Positions 41,716-51,636 are shown, counted from the stretch's first letter. The stretch is DNA of 53,499 nucleotides from an uncultured Lachnospiraceae bacterium (GCA_964534905.1 CAZHPZ010000003.1:1-53499), one strand, 5' to 3'. Numbers and translations are program-made. The notes: generated from the sequence alone by a model not told the origin.

Positions 41716-42756
41716 TCAAAAAAGATTTACAATATCCTTAACGGAGATAAGGAACATAAACACAATCAAAATTATCATCGTAATGCCGGTTATTGTTTCC
41801 TCTACCTCTTTTTTTATTACCTTTTTACCCGCGATTCCGTCTATAAGATGGAAAAGTATTCTTCCGCCGTCAAGTGCGGGAATGGGCAGAAGATTAAATA
41901 TTCCGAGATTCATGCTTATAAGAACAACAAGGTTGACAAGCGATGATATACTTATCTGTGCCACCTGTCCGACAGTATCTATTATTCCGATAGGACCGGA
42001 AACGGCATCCATACCGAATCTTCCGGTTATCATTCCTATAAGAGAATCAAACACCATCTTTACCATATTGCACGATCTGTAAAAAGCCTGATAAAGATAA
42101 TCCAATATAGTAACGTCCTCAAGCGAATTAAGGGAATAGAGCCTAAAATCTATATCTCCGAGCAGAGTACCCTGCTCCTCTACCGTATTAAACACAACAT
42201 TATCAAGCACGATAACCTCGCCGCCGCGATTTACGGTAATATCTAACGCCTCATATCCCTGCATCATTATCTCATAAACGACTTCCTCGCCGGTATGAAC
42301 CTTAACGTTGCCTACCTTAAGGATCTCGTCCCCTATCTGAAGCACCTGATCGCTCACCGCGCCGTCATTGAACTGCCCTATTGTAGTAGATCCGAGCGTG
42401 GGCGTACTGATAACAAGAGCGAGCATAACAATAATCGCAAAAATAATATTTACCGCAGGACCTGCCGCAGTCACGATTATCTTTTTCCAAGGGCTGAGAT
42501 TATTGTAAGCCATCGGATTTTCACTTGTTCCCTCTTCACCCTCCATACTGACAAACCCTCCGATGGGGAATGCACGGAGCGCATATTTTGTTCCCGTTTT
42601 TCCCTCCCAGGAGTATATTTTAGGTCCCATTCCTATTGCAAATTCAAGCACGGGAACCTTAAACAAGCGGGCAAAAAAGAAATGTCCGAATTCGTGAATA
42701 AAGGTCAAAAATCCTATAATAAGCACAGTTATCAGCGCATATAAAATAAAACTCAA
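41716..42756 (-). CDS. rseP: RIP site-2 metalloprotease RseP/RasP (M50)
   Basis: HEFGHF zinc motif, a PDZ-like middle region, and NLLPIPALDGG. No ATG lies upstream of HEFGH. TTG at 42754-56 sits 6 nt after AAGGAGA. The ORF-track TTG at 42774 overlaps that RBS. Confidence 0.9.
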   Translation of the reverse strand: MSFILYALITVLIIGFLTFIHEFGHFFFARLFKVPVLEFAIGMGPKIYSWEGKTGTKYALRAFPIGGFVSMEGEEGTSENPMAYNNLSPWKKIIVTAAGPAVNIIFAIIVMLALVISTPTLGSTTIGQFNDGAVSDQVLQIGDEILKVGNVKVHTGEEVVYEIMMQGYEALDITVNRGGEVIVLDNVVFNTVEEQGTLLGDIDFRLYSLNSLEDVTILDYLYQAFYRSCNMVKMVFDSLIGMITGRFGMDAVSGPIGIIDTVGQVAQISISSLVNLVVLISMNLGIFNLLPIPALDGGRILFHLIDGIAGKKVIKKEVEETITGITMIILIVFMFLISVKDIVNLF

Positions 42757-42775
42757 ATCAATTCTCCTTAACAAA

Positions 42776-43957
42776 TCATATTTTCAAATACGATGCGGTT
42801 ATCTCCCGTGCCTCAATATCGGCACCGAGGATTCCGTCAAGCGTTCTTATATTTTTAGCATTACTCATTGTATAAACGGTATTGCAAACAGCGTCGGATA
42901 TCTGACCGAAGCGTATCCTCTCATTCAAATACGCTGCAACCGCAACCTCGTTCGCCGCATTAAGCACAGCACAGCTCGCTCCACCCTCTCCGAGAGCATA
43001 AAGCGCAAGATCAAGCAACGGAAACGCCTCTCTGTCGGGGCGCGCGAATGTCAGAGTCGATATTTTAGCAAGATCAAGCGGCTCTATAACGCCATCTGTT
43101 CTGCTCGCTCTGTCAAGCGCATACTGCACGCAATGACGCATATCCGGTACGGAAAGCTGAGCGATAACGCTATTATCTATATATTCGACCATTGAATGAA
43201 TTATACTTTCCCTATGAACGAGAACGTCTATCTTATCGGGCGTCATTCCGAACAAATGCGCCGCCTCGATTATCTCAAAGCCCTTATTCATCAAAGTAGC
43301 GCTGTCAATGGTTATTTTCTTACCCATTTTCCAAGTCGGATGTGCGAGTGCACGGCAGAGAGGAACATTTTCTATATCATCCTTACTCATACCGAAAAAC
43401 GGACCTCCGCTCGCGGTAAGTATTATTTTTTTAACCTCTTCGTGCTTTCCGGCACGCAAGCATTGATGTATAGCGCAATGCTCGCTGTCAACGGGCAATA
43501 TATCGATGTGATGCTCTCCCGCAAGATTCATAACAATATCTCCCGCAACAACAAGGCTCTCCTTGTTGGCAAGAGCAAGTCTGATATTTGCCTCAAGTGT
43601 GGCAAGCGTAGGACGAAGTCCTGCTTGACCTATTATAGAATTCACCGCAAAGGTAGCACCGCTCTGCGATATCATCTCGCATATTCCCTCAACGCCGGAA
43701 AATATTTTTATATCCGTATCCAAAAGCTCCTCACGAAGCTTTTTTGCGGCATTTTCATCACTCATAGCGGCAAATCTGACATTATGCCGTCTTGCCTGCT
43801 CAGCCACACGGACATAATTTTTATTTGCGCATATTCCGAGCACCGATGTGTCGGTTTTTTCGGCAACGTCAAGCGCCTGCTCGCCGATAGATCCCGTTGA
43901 GCCGAGCACGAGCATTGTTTCCTTATTTGCCGTATTTACTGTTTTATCCGTATTCAT
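42776..43957 (-). CDS. dxr: 1-deoxy-D-xylulose 5-phosphate reductoisomerase
   Basis: LVLGSTGSIG NADPH motif, and LANKESLV, DSEH, ...HPTWKMG. ATG at 43955-57 avoids overlap with cdsA. An alternative ATG lies at 43915. Confidence 0.92.
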   Translation of the reverse strand: MNTDKTVNTANKETMLVLGSTGSIGEQALDVAEKTDTSVLGICANKNYVRVAEQARRHNVRFAAMSDENAAKKLREELLDTDIKIFSGVEGICEMISQSGATFAVNSIIGQAGLRPTLATLEANIRLALANKESLVVAGDIVMNLAGEHHIDILPVDSEHCAIHQCLRAGKHEEVKKIILTASGGPFFGMSKDDIENVPLCRALAHPTWKMGKKITIDSATLMNKGFEIIEAAHLFGMTPDKIDVLVHRESIIHSMVEYIDNSVIAQLSVPDMRHCVQYALDRASRTDGVIEPLDLAKISTLTFARPDREAFPLLDLALYALGEGGASCAVLNAANEVAVAAYLNERIRFGQISDAVCNTVYTMSNAKNIRTLDGILGADIEAREITASYLKI

Positions 43958-43964
43958 AATGAAA

Positions 43965-44783
43965 TCATACCAAGAAAAGAGCAAGGACGATCGAAACCGC
44001 AAGAATGGAATCGAATCTGTCAAGAACTCCGCCGTGACCGGGGAAAATCTTGCCGTAATCCTTTATTCCGTACGTTCTCTTGATTACCGACATTGAAAGA
44101 TCTCCTATCTGTGATACGATCGAGCAAACAAGTCCGATAAGAGCAACCAGAACAAGGCTTATTTCACTTTCAGTAAAGTGATTTATAATCGCCGCATACG
44201 TAACAAAGAGAATAACGCAAAATGCCATTCCGCCGATGCTTCCCTCAACCGTCTTTTTCGGGCTTGTTTTGGGCATAAGCTTATGCTTTCCGAAAAGTCT
44301 TCCGGTAAAATAAGCAAACGTATCGGTTACCCAAGCGCCTATGAATACAAAATACCAATAATATTCTCCGTGATTAGCGTCACGTATCATAATTATTGAC
44401 GAAAAAGCTCCGATTATGTAAAGGCTTACAAGCGCACTTGTAAGATATATATTCATATCCACCTGCGGATCCTTCTCATAGGATATTATCCAAACAGCAA
44501 GAAGATACAAGCCGTAGGCAAGCAATATCAGCGCCACCGCTGACGGTTTTTTAAGCAGAGTGCTGTCAAAATATCTCGTTGCAAACGGCATAGCAAGCGC
44601 CATTACATAGAGCGGAACGGAGATAAAATAATTTTTTCTCGTTTTCATACATCCGAGAAGCTCATAAACTCCAACAACTCCCAAAAAAGCCATTGCTATC
44701 GGGAATGCCACAGTGTTAGATAAAATACAAATCGGGATAGCCACTATAACAAGTACAATCGCCGTAATAACTCTCTGTTTCAT
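43965..44783 (-). CDS. cdsA: Phosphatidate cytidylyltransferase
   Basis: CDS signature GDLSMSVIKRTYGIKDYGKIFPGHGGVLDRFDS. ATG at 44781-83 follows GGAGGA. Confidence 0.92.
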   Translation of the reverse strand: MKQRVITAIVLVIVAIPICILSNTVAFPIAMAFLGVVGVYELLGCMKTRKNYFISVPLYVMALAMPFATRYFDSTLLKKPSAVALILLAYGLYLLAVWIISYEKDPQVDMNIYLTSALVSLYIIGAFSSIIMIRDANHGEYYWYFVFIGAWVTDTFAYFTGRLFGKHKLMPKTSPKKTVEGSIGGMAFCVILFVTYAAIINHFTESEISLVLVALIGLVCSIVSQIGDLSMSVIKRTYGIKDYGKIFPGHGGVLDRFDSILAVSIVLALFLV

Positions 44784-44795
44784 ACAATCCTCCAA

Positions 44796-45491
44796 TTAAA
44801 GACCGCCGTATCTTCGACGTCTCGAATAAAAATCGTTTATTGCCGCATTGAGGTCATCTCTTGTAAAGTCGGGCCAAAGGGTATCCGTAAAATAAAGCTC
44901 GGAATACGATGCCTGCCACAAAAGGAAATTAGAAAGTCTTTTTTCTCCCGCAGTACGGATTATCATATCCGGATCTATTCCTCCCTCTGTATAAAGAGCC
45001 CTCGAAAAGCTCTCTGAGGTTATCTCCTCACCGCTGTCCGCAAGCCTTTTGCAGGCGTGAAGTATTTCATCACGTCCGCCGTAATTTATTGCCACATTGA
45101 GCACTCTGTCAAATTGCTCCGTCTTTTTTTCAAGTTTCTCTATCTTAACTCTGAGATTTTCGTCAAGACCGCTCTTGTCGCCTATAACGCGCAGGCGTAT
45201 CTTCTTTTTTACAAGATCTCTGCCGTTCTTGTCAAGATACAGCGAAAGCAGGCTCATAATGGTTTTTACTTCCTCGGGCGGGCGCTTCCAATTTTCCGTC
45301 GAAAACGCATAAAACGTCACGGCGTCAAGTCCAAGCTCAAAGCAATCGTAAGCAATACGCTCGAACACCTTGACTCCCGCCTTGTGTCCCTCGGTGCGCT
45401 CCATTCCGCGTGCTCTTGCCCATCTGCCGTTTCCGTCCATTATAAAGGCAATATGCCTTAAATTTTCATCAATTTTTAAGCTTTTATCCAT
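44796..45491 (-). CDS. uppS: Isoprenyl transferase (undecaprenyl diphosphate synthase)
   Basis: HIAFIMDGNGRWA, ERTEGHKAG and RLSNFLLWQASYSELYF. The start is either ATG at 45491 or TTG at 45500. Confidence 0.92.
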   Translation of the reverse strand: MDKSLKIDENLRHIAFIMDGNGRWARARGMERTEGHKAGVKVFERIAYDCFELGLDAVTFYAFSTENWKRPPEEVKTIMSLLSLYLDKNGRDLVKKKIRLRVIGDKSGLDENLRVKIEKLEKKTEQFDRVLNVAINYGGRDEILHACKRLADSGEEITSESFSRALYTEGGIDPDMIIRTAGEKRLSNFLLWQASYSELYFTDTLWPDFTRDDLNAAINDFYSRRRRYGGL

Positions 45492-45515
45492 CAAAATCAA
45501 ATACCTCTAAACTCC

Positions 45516-45541
45516 CAAAAAGGCGGGAATTTCGCCCGCCT
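45516..45541 (-). terminator. Intrinsic terminator/attenuator between frr and uppS
   Basis: AGGCGGG / CCCGCCT stem (45521-45541) followed on the minus strand by TTTTTGGG. Confidence 0.7.
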
Positions 45542-45554
45542 CAGTAGTCATATT

Positions 45555-46109
45555 TCAGATAGCCATTACTTCCTTTTCCTTCTTTGCGGAAACAGCGTCT
45601 ACCTCTTTTACGTATTTATCCGTAAGGTCCTGAACATTCTTCTCGGCGCTCTTAACGTCGTCCTCCGTAAGTATTCCGTCCTTTTTCTGCTTCTTGATAG
45701 CATCGTTTGCGTCGCGTCTGATATTTCTGATTGCGACCTTTGTTTCCTCGCCCATCTTCTGTATCTGCTTTGTAAGCTCCTTACGTCTTTCCTCCGTTAC
45801 CTGAGGGAAAACAAGGCGGATCATCTTTCCGTCGTTTGAGGGATTGATTCCGATGTCGCTCGTAAGGATAGCCTTTTCGATAGCCTTAAGAGTTGTGGCG
45901 TCGTAAGGGGTAATAGTAAGCGTTCTCGAATCGACCATTCTGATATCTGCCATTGTATTAACAGGTGTGGGAGAGCCGTAGTATTCAAACGTCACTCTGT
46001 TAAGCACACCGGCATTGGCCTGACCTGCACGAATGGTAGCGAGATTATACTCATACGCTCCGATGGTTTTCTTCATCTTTTCTTCATAATCCTTGATATT
46101 GAATGCCAT
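45555..46109 (-). CDS. frr: Ribosome recycling factor
   Basis: 184 aa with ...TIRAGQANAGVLNRV...INPSNDGKMIRLVFPQVTEERRKELTK..., typical of RRF. Confidence 0.94.
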   Translation of the reverse strand: MAFNIKDYEEKMKKTIGAYEYNLATIRAGQANAGVLNRVTFEYYGSPTPVNTMADIRMVDSRTLTITPYDATTLKAIEKAILTSDIGINPSNDGKMIRLVFPQVTEERRKELTKQIQKMGEETKVAIRNIRRDANDAIKKQKKDGILTEDDVKSAEKNVQDLTDKYVKEVDAVSAKKEKEVMAI

Positions 46110-46136
46110 ATTGTTTACCTCTATTCTTTCCTCATT

Positions 46137-46853
46137 TTATTTGTGTAATTCAGTACCTATTTTTTCGCCCATAACAGCTCTGTAAATATTCATAGGATCC
46201 TTAAGCTCGAACGCATAGCACTTGATATCGTTTTCCATACAAAAAGCGCTTGCTGTTGTATCAAGAGCCTTAAGGTCTCTGTCAAGAACCTCCGAGTACG
46301 TTATCTCGTCGAATCTCGTTGCCGTGGAATCTATATGCGGATCGGCGGAATATATTCCGTCGATATTCTTCGCCATAAGTATAACATCGGCTCCGATCTC
46401 GGCTGCACGTATTGCAGCGCCCGTATCGGTTGAGAAGAACGGCATACCCGTTCCGCCGCCGATAATAACAACCTCTCCGTCATCAAGATGCGCTCTTGCG
46501 TCTCTGATGCTGTAATGATCCGCAAATGAGCTTATCTCCATAACAGTCATTGCTCTCGCACGCAGTCCGCACGAATTAAATGTCTCCTCAAGAGCAAGTG
46601 CGTTTATGGCGGTTGCAAGCATTCCCATCTGGTCTGCCTTGGTCCTGTCCATACTGCCGCTCTGTCTGCCGCGCCAGATATTACCTGCACCGACGACTAT
46701 TGCAATCTGCACTCCCTCCGAAACGCATTTTTTCAAAACCTCGGCTATCCCTTCGATATATTCGAAATTCAGAATGCCGGAGCAATCTCTCGAAAGTGCT
46801 TCTCCAGAAAGCTTAAGCAAAACTCTTTTATATTTCGGTCGTTTGATTTCCAT
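46137..46853 (-). CDS. pyrH: UMP kinase
   Basis: KRVLLKLSGEAL and GGGTGMPFFSTDTGAAIRA. ATG at 46851-53 follows GGAGGA. The ORF-track GTG at 46865 overlaps the RBS. Confidence 0.93.
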   Translation of the reverse strand: MEIKRPKYKRVLLKLSGEALSRDCSGILNFEYIEGIAEVLKKCVSEGVQIAIVVGAGNIWRGRQSGSMDRTKADQMGMLATAINALALEETFNSCGLRARAMTVMEISSFADHYSIRDARAHLDDGEVVIIGGGTGMPFFSTDTGAAIRAAEIGADVILMAKNIDGIYSADPHIDSTATRFDEITYSEVLDRDLKALDTTASAFCMENDIKCYAFELKDPMNIYRAVMGEKIGTELHK

Positions 46854-46960
46854 TGCTTCCTCCACGGATTGTTATTATACCACTATATATAATACCTTTT
46901 TTTTTGCAATTTGTAAAGAGCTTTTTCACATTTTTTTATCAAAAAGCGAATTTATTTAAC

Positions 46961-46985
46961 AAAAAAAGCGCGTTATGCGCTTTTT
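46961..46985 (-). terminator. Intrinsic terminator after rlmH
   Basis: AAAAAAAGCGC-gttat-GCGCTTTTT, a short GC stem with A and T runs on either side. Confidence 0.65.
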
Positions 46986-46986
46986 C

Positions 46987-47466
46987 CTACTTATGATATC
47001 TTCCGCCATGAGAGATAGAAAGACATCTATATAAGATTTCCAGCAGCCAAACGCGCATCATTTGATGGGTAAGAGTCATTTTAGAAACGGACATACGCAT
47101 ATCGCACGCATCCTTAAGCTTATCGGAAAGCCCGTAAGAGCTTCCGATTATTATCGCAAGCTCACCGTGAGATCGGGATATATCCTCCAGCTTTTCGGCG
47201 AATTCCTCACTCGAAAGCTGTTTTCCCTCAACGCACATCGCTATCTTGTAAGCACGTGCTCCGATATCGGAAAGTATTCTGTCGCCCTCGGCGGAAAGCG
47301 CCTGTTCTATTTGCTTTTGCGACGGATCATCGGGAAGCTTATATTCTTTATATTCCACGATTTCCAGCTTGCAATATGCACCGAGACGCTTTTTATATTC
47401 GGCAAGAGCATCTCTGTAATACGGCTCCTTAAGAGTACCCGTAACATATATTTTTATATTCAGCAT
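46987..47466 (-). CDS. rlmH: 23S rRNA (pseudouridine1915-N3)-methyltransferase RlmH
   Basis: 159-aa SPOUT protein: IIIGSSYGLS...MTLTHQMMRVWLLEILYR...GGRYHK. Confidence 0.92.
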   Translation of the reverse strand: MLNIKIYVTGTLKEPYYRDALAEYKKRLGAYCKLEIVEYKEYKLPDDPSQKQIEQALSAEGDRILSDIGARAYKIAMCVEGKQLSSEEFAEKLEDISRSHGELAIIIGSSYGLSDKLKDACDMRMSVSKMTLTHQMMRVWLLEILYRCLSISHGGRYHK

Positions 47467-47475
47467 TTAAGCACC

Positions 47476-48261
47476 TCAAATCAGTCTGACGCTCTCGCAC
47501 GGAGATGCGACCGTAAGTCGCACGTCATAATCGCATATTGCCGATAAAACCTCATCGTAGGCAAGCGACGGCTCATTATTCTCCTCACTGAGATGAGCGA
47601 GAAGTATGTTTTTTGTCCCGCCCGAGCAAAGATAATTGGCAAACGAGGCACATTCGGAATTTGAAAGATGTCCTCTGCGTGACATTATTCTCTCCTTAAG
47701 CTCATACGGATACGGTCCGCGGCGAAGCATATCGAGATCGTGATTAGACTCGATTACGACACTCTCGCATCCGTAAAGACCGCTCATCATTTCAGCCGTC
47801 ACCTCGCCCGTATCGGTTGCATATCCGACGCACACCCTGTCATCTCCGTCGCCTATTTCAATACGGTATCCGACGCTGAAATTGCTGTCGTGAGGCGTAG
47901 GAAAGCTTGTTATTGTCATATTACCAACCGTAACGCTGTATATCGGCTCATGATTATGGAGCATATTGCCGAAAAAACGTTCATCACGCAAAAGCGCTCT
48001 TTCGGTTGAGGCAGATACAGCGTGCACCGGGATATCCCTCTTTTTAAGAAGAACTGGCAGTGCCGATATATGATCCGTATGCTCATGAGTAATAAATATA
48101 GCGTCAATTTCTTCCGCTTTAACACCGAGAGCCGCAAGCGCCGATGTAAGAGCACGTGCGCTCCTTCCCGCGTCGATAAGAATTTTCGTATTCTCACTGC
48201 AGATCAGTGTAGAATTTCCGCGCGAGCCCGAATAAAGGGAGATTATCGAATATTTCGGCAT
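47476..48261 (-). CDS. MBL-fold metallo-hydrolase (YycJ/WalJ-like)
   Basis: The HxHxDH motif ITHEHTDHISAL. The position upstream of rlmH matches the Bacillus yycJ-rlmH arrangement. Confidence 0.85.
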   Translation of the reverse strand: MPKYSIISLYSGSRGNSTLICSENTKILIDAGRSARALTSALAALGVKAEEIDAIFITHEHTDHISALPVLLKKRDIPVHAVSASTERALLRDERFFGNMLHNHEPIYSVTVGNMTITSFPTPHDSNFSVGYRIEIGDGDDRVCVGYATDTGEVTAEMMSGLYGCESVVIESNHDLDMLRRGPYPYELKERIMSRRGHLSNSECASFANYLCSGGTKNILLAHLSEENNEPSLAYDEVLSAICDYDVRLTVASPCESVRLI

Positions 48262-49547
48262 CAGATATTGACCTTTACCGCACCCTCTGCTCTTACTCTA
48301 AGCGTAAGGCAGGCGCCCTCTCCGAATACACTGTCCATAAGAGTCGCAAAATCCTTTGCGTCCTCCTCCTTGACATAAGCTTGAACCGTTCCGGCAAATC
48401 CGCCGCCGTGTACTCTGAACGCTCCCTCTCTGCCCTTCATAAAGCTCTCTGCAAGGCAAAGTGCGAGGCTGAGTCCCTGTTCTCTTACATTTGCGGTGGT
48501 ATAAACATTCTGCAAATAGCAGAATGACGAGCGTCCGGAGCTGAGCACACCGTTAAAATAAGAATCGATATTATCGGATTTAAGCGCATTCTTCATCAGG
48601 TCAACACGCTCGTTCTCGTTAAAGAAATGGATAGCGCGAAGCAATGCACGGTCTCCGAGCTTCTCACGTATTTCGGCTGCATTGGCTATAATCTCGGAAA
48701 GAGAGCATTCTCTGAGCACCTCTTTACCGAAAAAATGCGCAACGCTCTTCATTTCCGCAGGAACTGCGGCGTAATCCGCCGTGAGATCCGCATGATTTCC
48801 GCCTGTATTTACTATACAAAGATTGTATCCGTGTCCCGAGAGGTCAAAATCTATTTTCTCGATTATGGGGTTGCTCTCGCTTTCGAAATCTATGCTCACA
48901 ATACCGCCAAGGGCACATGCGACCTGATCCATAAGACCGCAGGGCTTTCCGAAAAATTTATTTTCCGCATACTGCGCAAGCATTGATATCTTGACGTTGC
49001 TGACATTTCCGTTATTAAACTCATAGCTCAGAATATTTCCGATCATATCCTCGAACGCCGCACTCGACGAAAGTCCAGAGCCCTTAAGAACACTCGACGT
49101 AAGATAAGCATCAAATCCACCCGTTGCATATCCGTTGTCCGAAAATCCTCTGCACATACCGGCAATGAGGCTTGCGCTCGTTCCGAACATATCCTCACGC
49201 GGCTCGGTGTAGCTTGCGATATCAACGCATATCTCGTCAAAGCCCTCGCTCTTAAGATTTATTTTATCGGTTCCGTTCTGTGCAACGACCGCTATAATAT
49301 CAAGGTTCACGGAAGCCGCGATAACACGTCCTCTGTTGTGATCCGTATGATTTCCCGCAAGCTCGCTTCTTCCCGAAACGGAATACAGATTTATTTCCCT
49401 GTCCTTGCCGTAAAGAGAAGCAAATTCATCTATGGCACCGAGATATCTTTCTCTCTGCTCCATAACTGCGGCAGGCGAATAAAGAGACGCAAGTCTTGAG
49501 TTAAGTCCACCGTTCAGTATATTATTTTTAATTTCCGAAATTTTCAT
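48261..49547 (-). CDS. Galactokinase-family GHMP sugar kinase
   Basis: GRSELAGNHTDHNRGRV (a diverged galactokinase signature) and the GHMP ATP motif GSGLSSSAAF. ATG at 49545-47 follows AGGAGA. The ORF-track extension to 49637 overlaps wecB. Confidence 0.8.
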   Translation of the reverse strand: MKISEIKNNILNGGLNSRLASLYSPAAVMEQRERYLGAIDEFASLYGKDREINLYSVSGRSELAGNHTDHNRGRVIAASVNLDIIAVVAQNGTDKINLKSEGFDEICVDIASYTEPREDMFGTSASLIAGMCRGFSDNGYATGGFDAYLTSSVLKGSGLSSSAAFEDMIGNILSYEFNNGNVSNVKISMLAQYAENKFFGKPCGLMDQVACALGGIVSIDFESESNPIIEKIDFDLSGHGYNLCIVNTGGNHADLTADYAAVPAEMKSVAHFFGKEVLRECSLSEIIANAAEIREKLGDRALLRAIHFFNENERVDLMKNALKSDNIDSYFNGVLSSGRSSFCYLQNVYTTANVREQGLSLALCLAESFMKGREGAFRVHGGGFAGTVQAYVKEEDAKDFATLMDSVFGEGACLTLRVRAEGAVKVNI

Positions 49548-49597
49548 ATATGTATCTCCTGACGAAATTATTATATTTGTTTCATTATAACATCTTT

Positions 49598-50686
49598 TCA
49601 GACGAAAGACAATAGTATTTTCGCAATTTTGTTGCAAGATCCATATTTTCCGAATGCAAGACTGACCTTTTTCATTTCTGCATATGCGTAAGTATCGTCT
49701 GCTACGCTTAAAAAGCCGCGCTTTATTTTCTCCCTGTCCGTTCCGAGTATTCTTATATTTCCTGTGCGAACACCCTCTCGGCGTTCGGTCGTATCTCTCA
49801 AGAGAAACACCGGCACTCCGAGATACGATGCCTCCTCCTGTATACCTCCGCTATCGGTCAAGGTTGCAAACGAACGCGAAAGTATATTGTGAAAATCATA
49901 CGGTGAAAACGGTTCGCAAAGCTCGGCGTTCTTGACATTCGAAAGAGCACGCGTTGCCCGCTCGCGAACCTTTGGATTAGGATGCATCGGTATCACGCCG
50001 AAGAAATCCTCTCTTTCACCGAGAATATCGGCAACAGCGCCGAATATATTATCCATTTTATCACCGATGCTCTCACGTCGGTGTGCGGTAACAAGCAATA
50101 TTTTTCTTCCCGCCGCCTTATCTGTAATTTCCGATCTGTAATCCTGAGTCAGAGTATATCCGAGGGCATCTATAACGGTATTCCCGACGACGTATATATT
50201 TTCTCTGCCCTCTCTTTTTAAGTTTAGTGCAGACTCAGCCGTTGGTGCAAAATGAATATAGGAAAGTGCGTCAACGGCGACACGGTTAAATTCTTCCGGA
50301 AAGGGAGACTGCATATTATATGTACGAAGCCCGGATTCAATATGCGCTACACGAATACCGTGATAGAACGCCGTGAGAGAAGCACAAAGAGCCGTGGTCG
50401 TATCTCCGTGAGTCATAATAATGTCAAATTGTTCATTCTTAAAAAGGCGATCGAAGCACAGCATAAGCCTCTCGCTAAGGCTTACCAAATCCGAAGCTCC
50501 CACGGAGCACTTAAACGAAAAATCCGCCTCAACATCAAAATATTTCATAATAGGCTCAACAAGATCCCCGTGCTGACCGCTGTTGCAAACAGATATATCA
50601 AATTCCGAATATCGCTTCAACTCGCGGGCAAGCGGAAGCATCTTTATCGCCTCCGGACGAGTGCCCATAACAATTAAAATACGCAT
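49598..50686 (-). CDS. wecB: UDP-N-acetylglucosamine 2-epimerase (non-hydrolysing)
   Basis: RILIVMGTRPEAIKMLPL, HGDTTT and SGGIQEEASYLGVPV are family hallmarks. Confidence 0.9.
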   Translation of the reverse strand: MRILIVMGTRPEAIKMLPLARELKRYSEFDISVCNSGQHGDLVEPIMKYFDVEADFSFKCSVGASDLVSLSERLMLCFDRLFKNEQFDIIMTHGDTTTALCASLTAFYHGIRVAHIESGLRTYNMQSPFPEEFNRVAVDALSYIHFAPTAESALNLKREGRENIYVVGNTVIDALGYTLTQDYRSEITDKAAGRKILLVTAHRRESIGDKMDNIFGAVADILGEREDFFGVIPMHPNPKVRERATRALSNVKNAELCEPFSPYDFHNILSRSFATLTDSGGIQEEASYLGVPVFLLRDTTERREGVRTGNIRILGTDREKIKRGFLSVADDTYAYAEMKKVSLAFGKYGSCNKIAKILLSFV

Positions 50687-50728
50687 AGCAATACCTCTTC
50701 GGATTATGCTATGCGTAATTTTCTTTAT

Positions 50729-51241
50729 TTATTCCGCAGCGGACTCGACTTCAAATACCTCTATCGTAAAGTGAGTTTTTTCCGCCTGCGCGCCTCTTAT
50801 CTCAACGATATAATCAAGCTCGATTTTTCCGTCATCAAGCAGATTGTTTCTAACTTCCTTCGTGTAAACGCAAATTTCAAACGGCATATACTCCGTCTGA
50901 TAGGTGCAGATATGACGCTTGCCCTCCTCGAAAACAAGAATGGTATTTACCGTTCCGCTTCTCATCATCGTTACAAGCTCAGGGGAGCTTCTTTCAAATC
51001 TGACCTGAGTTGTAGAGCCCTCCATTCCGGTAAGCTCGCTCTCGTCATAGGCGATTATTACCCGCTCATCGGTTATGTATATCTCTCCCTCGGAGAACAT
51101 TTCTATCGGTCCGTTCTCCTCCTCAACCGAAACGTCATCATCCGCATCGTCTGCAGGTGCTCCGAGCATTTCGTCGAAAAAGCTCTCGTTTGAAGCTTCT
51201 CTCTCCGAGGTAAGCTTTATTTTTATCGATTTTTTTATCAT
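50729..51241 (-). CDS. DUF1934 (YwiB-like) beta-barrel protein
   Basis: 170 aa with an acidic N-terminal part and alternating beta pattern ending ...DYIVEIRGAQAEKTHFTIEV. ATG at 51239-41 follows GAGGT. The ORF-track N-terminus overlaps tRNA-His and is rejected. Confidence 0.6.
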   Translation of the reverse strand: MIKKSIKIKLTSEREASNESFFDEMLGAPADDADDDVSVEEENGPIEMFSEGEIYITDERVIIAYDESELTGMEGSTTQVRFERSSPELVTMMRSGTVNTILVFEEGKRHICTYQTEYMPFEICVYTKEVRNNLLDDGKIELDYIVEIRGAQAEKTHFTIEVFEVESAAE

Positions 51242-51256
51242 AACAGATACCTCACG

Positions 51257-51295
51257 TAAAAAAATAAAACCACACTCGCTGTTGCAAATGTGGTT
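51257..51295 (-). terminator. Putative terminator after the tRNA cluster
   Basis: AACCACA / TGTGGTT stem with a long loop, followed on the minus strand by TTTTATTTTTTT. Confidence 0.5.
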
Positions 51296-51300
51296 CAATG

Positions 51301-51378
51301 TGGGGTGAGTGATGGGATTCGAACCCACGGCCTCCAGGGCCACAACCTGGCGCTATAACCAACTTAGCTACACCCACC
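51301..51378 (-). tRNA. tRNA-His (GTG), CCA encoded, with the extra 5' G(-1)
   Basis: Reverse complement is GGTGGGTGTAGCTAAGTTGGTTATAGCGCCAGGTTGTGGCCCTGGAGGCCGTGGGTTCGAATCCCATCACTCACCCCA. It folds as a cloverleaf with anticodon loop TTGTGGC and an 8-bp acceptor stem. Confidence 0.93.
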
Positions 51379-51403
51379 ATAACCAAAGGGTATTCCCTTC
51401 GGC

Positions 51404-51480
51404 TGGCGTGCCTTGAGGGATTCGAACCCCCGACCTACTGCTTAGAAGGCAGTTGCTCTATCCGACTGAGCTAAAGGCAC
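51404..51480 (-). tRNA. tRNA-Arg (TCT), CCA encoded
   Basis: Reverse complement is GTGCCTTTAGCTCAGTCGGATAGAGCAACTGCCTTCTAAGCAGTAGGTCGGGGGTTCGAATCCCTCAAGGCACGCCA. The anticodon loop is CTTCTAA. Confidence 0.93.
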
Positions 51481-51505
51481 ATAATAAGCCGACTTAACGT
51501 CGGCT

Positions 51506-51579
<74 letters not shown>

Positions 51580-51607
51580 GAACGTATTTCTTAAATAACG
51601 CTTTATT

Positions 51608-51636
51608 ATATTAGCACAACTTTTCCCCGTTGTCAA
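51608..51636 (-). promoter_or_regulatory. Sigma-A promoter of the tRNA Gly-Arg-His operon
   Basis: Minus strand reads TTGACA (51636-31), a 17-nt spacer, then TAATAT (51613-08). A long A/T-rich UP-like tract precedes it. Confidence 0.65.

Noticed and set aside
51242-51343. The N-terminal 34 codons of ORF 50729..51343
   Set aside because: They overlap tRNA-His and the putative terminator. An internal ATG at 51241 with a GAGGT RBS gives a sensible DUF1934-size protein.
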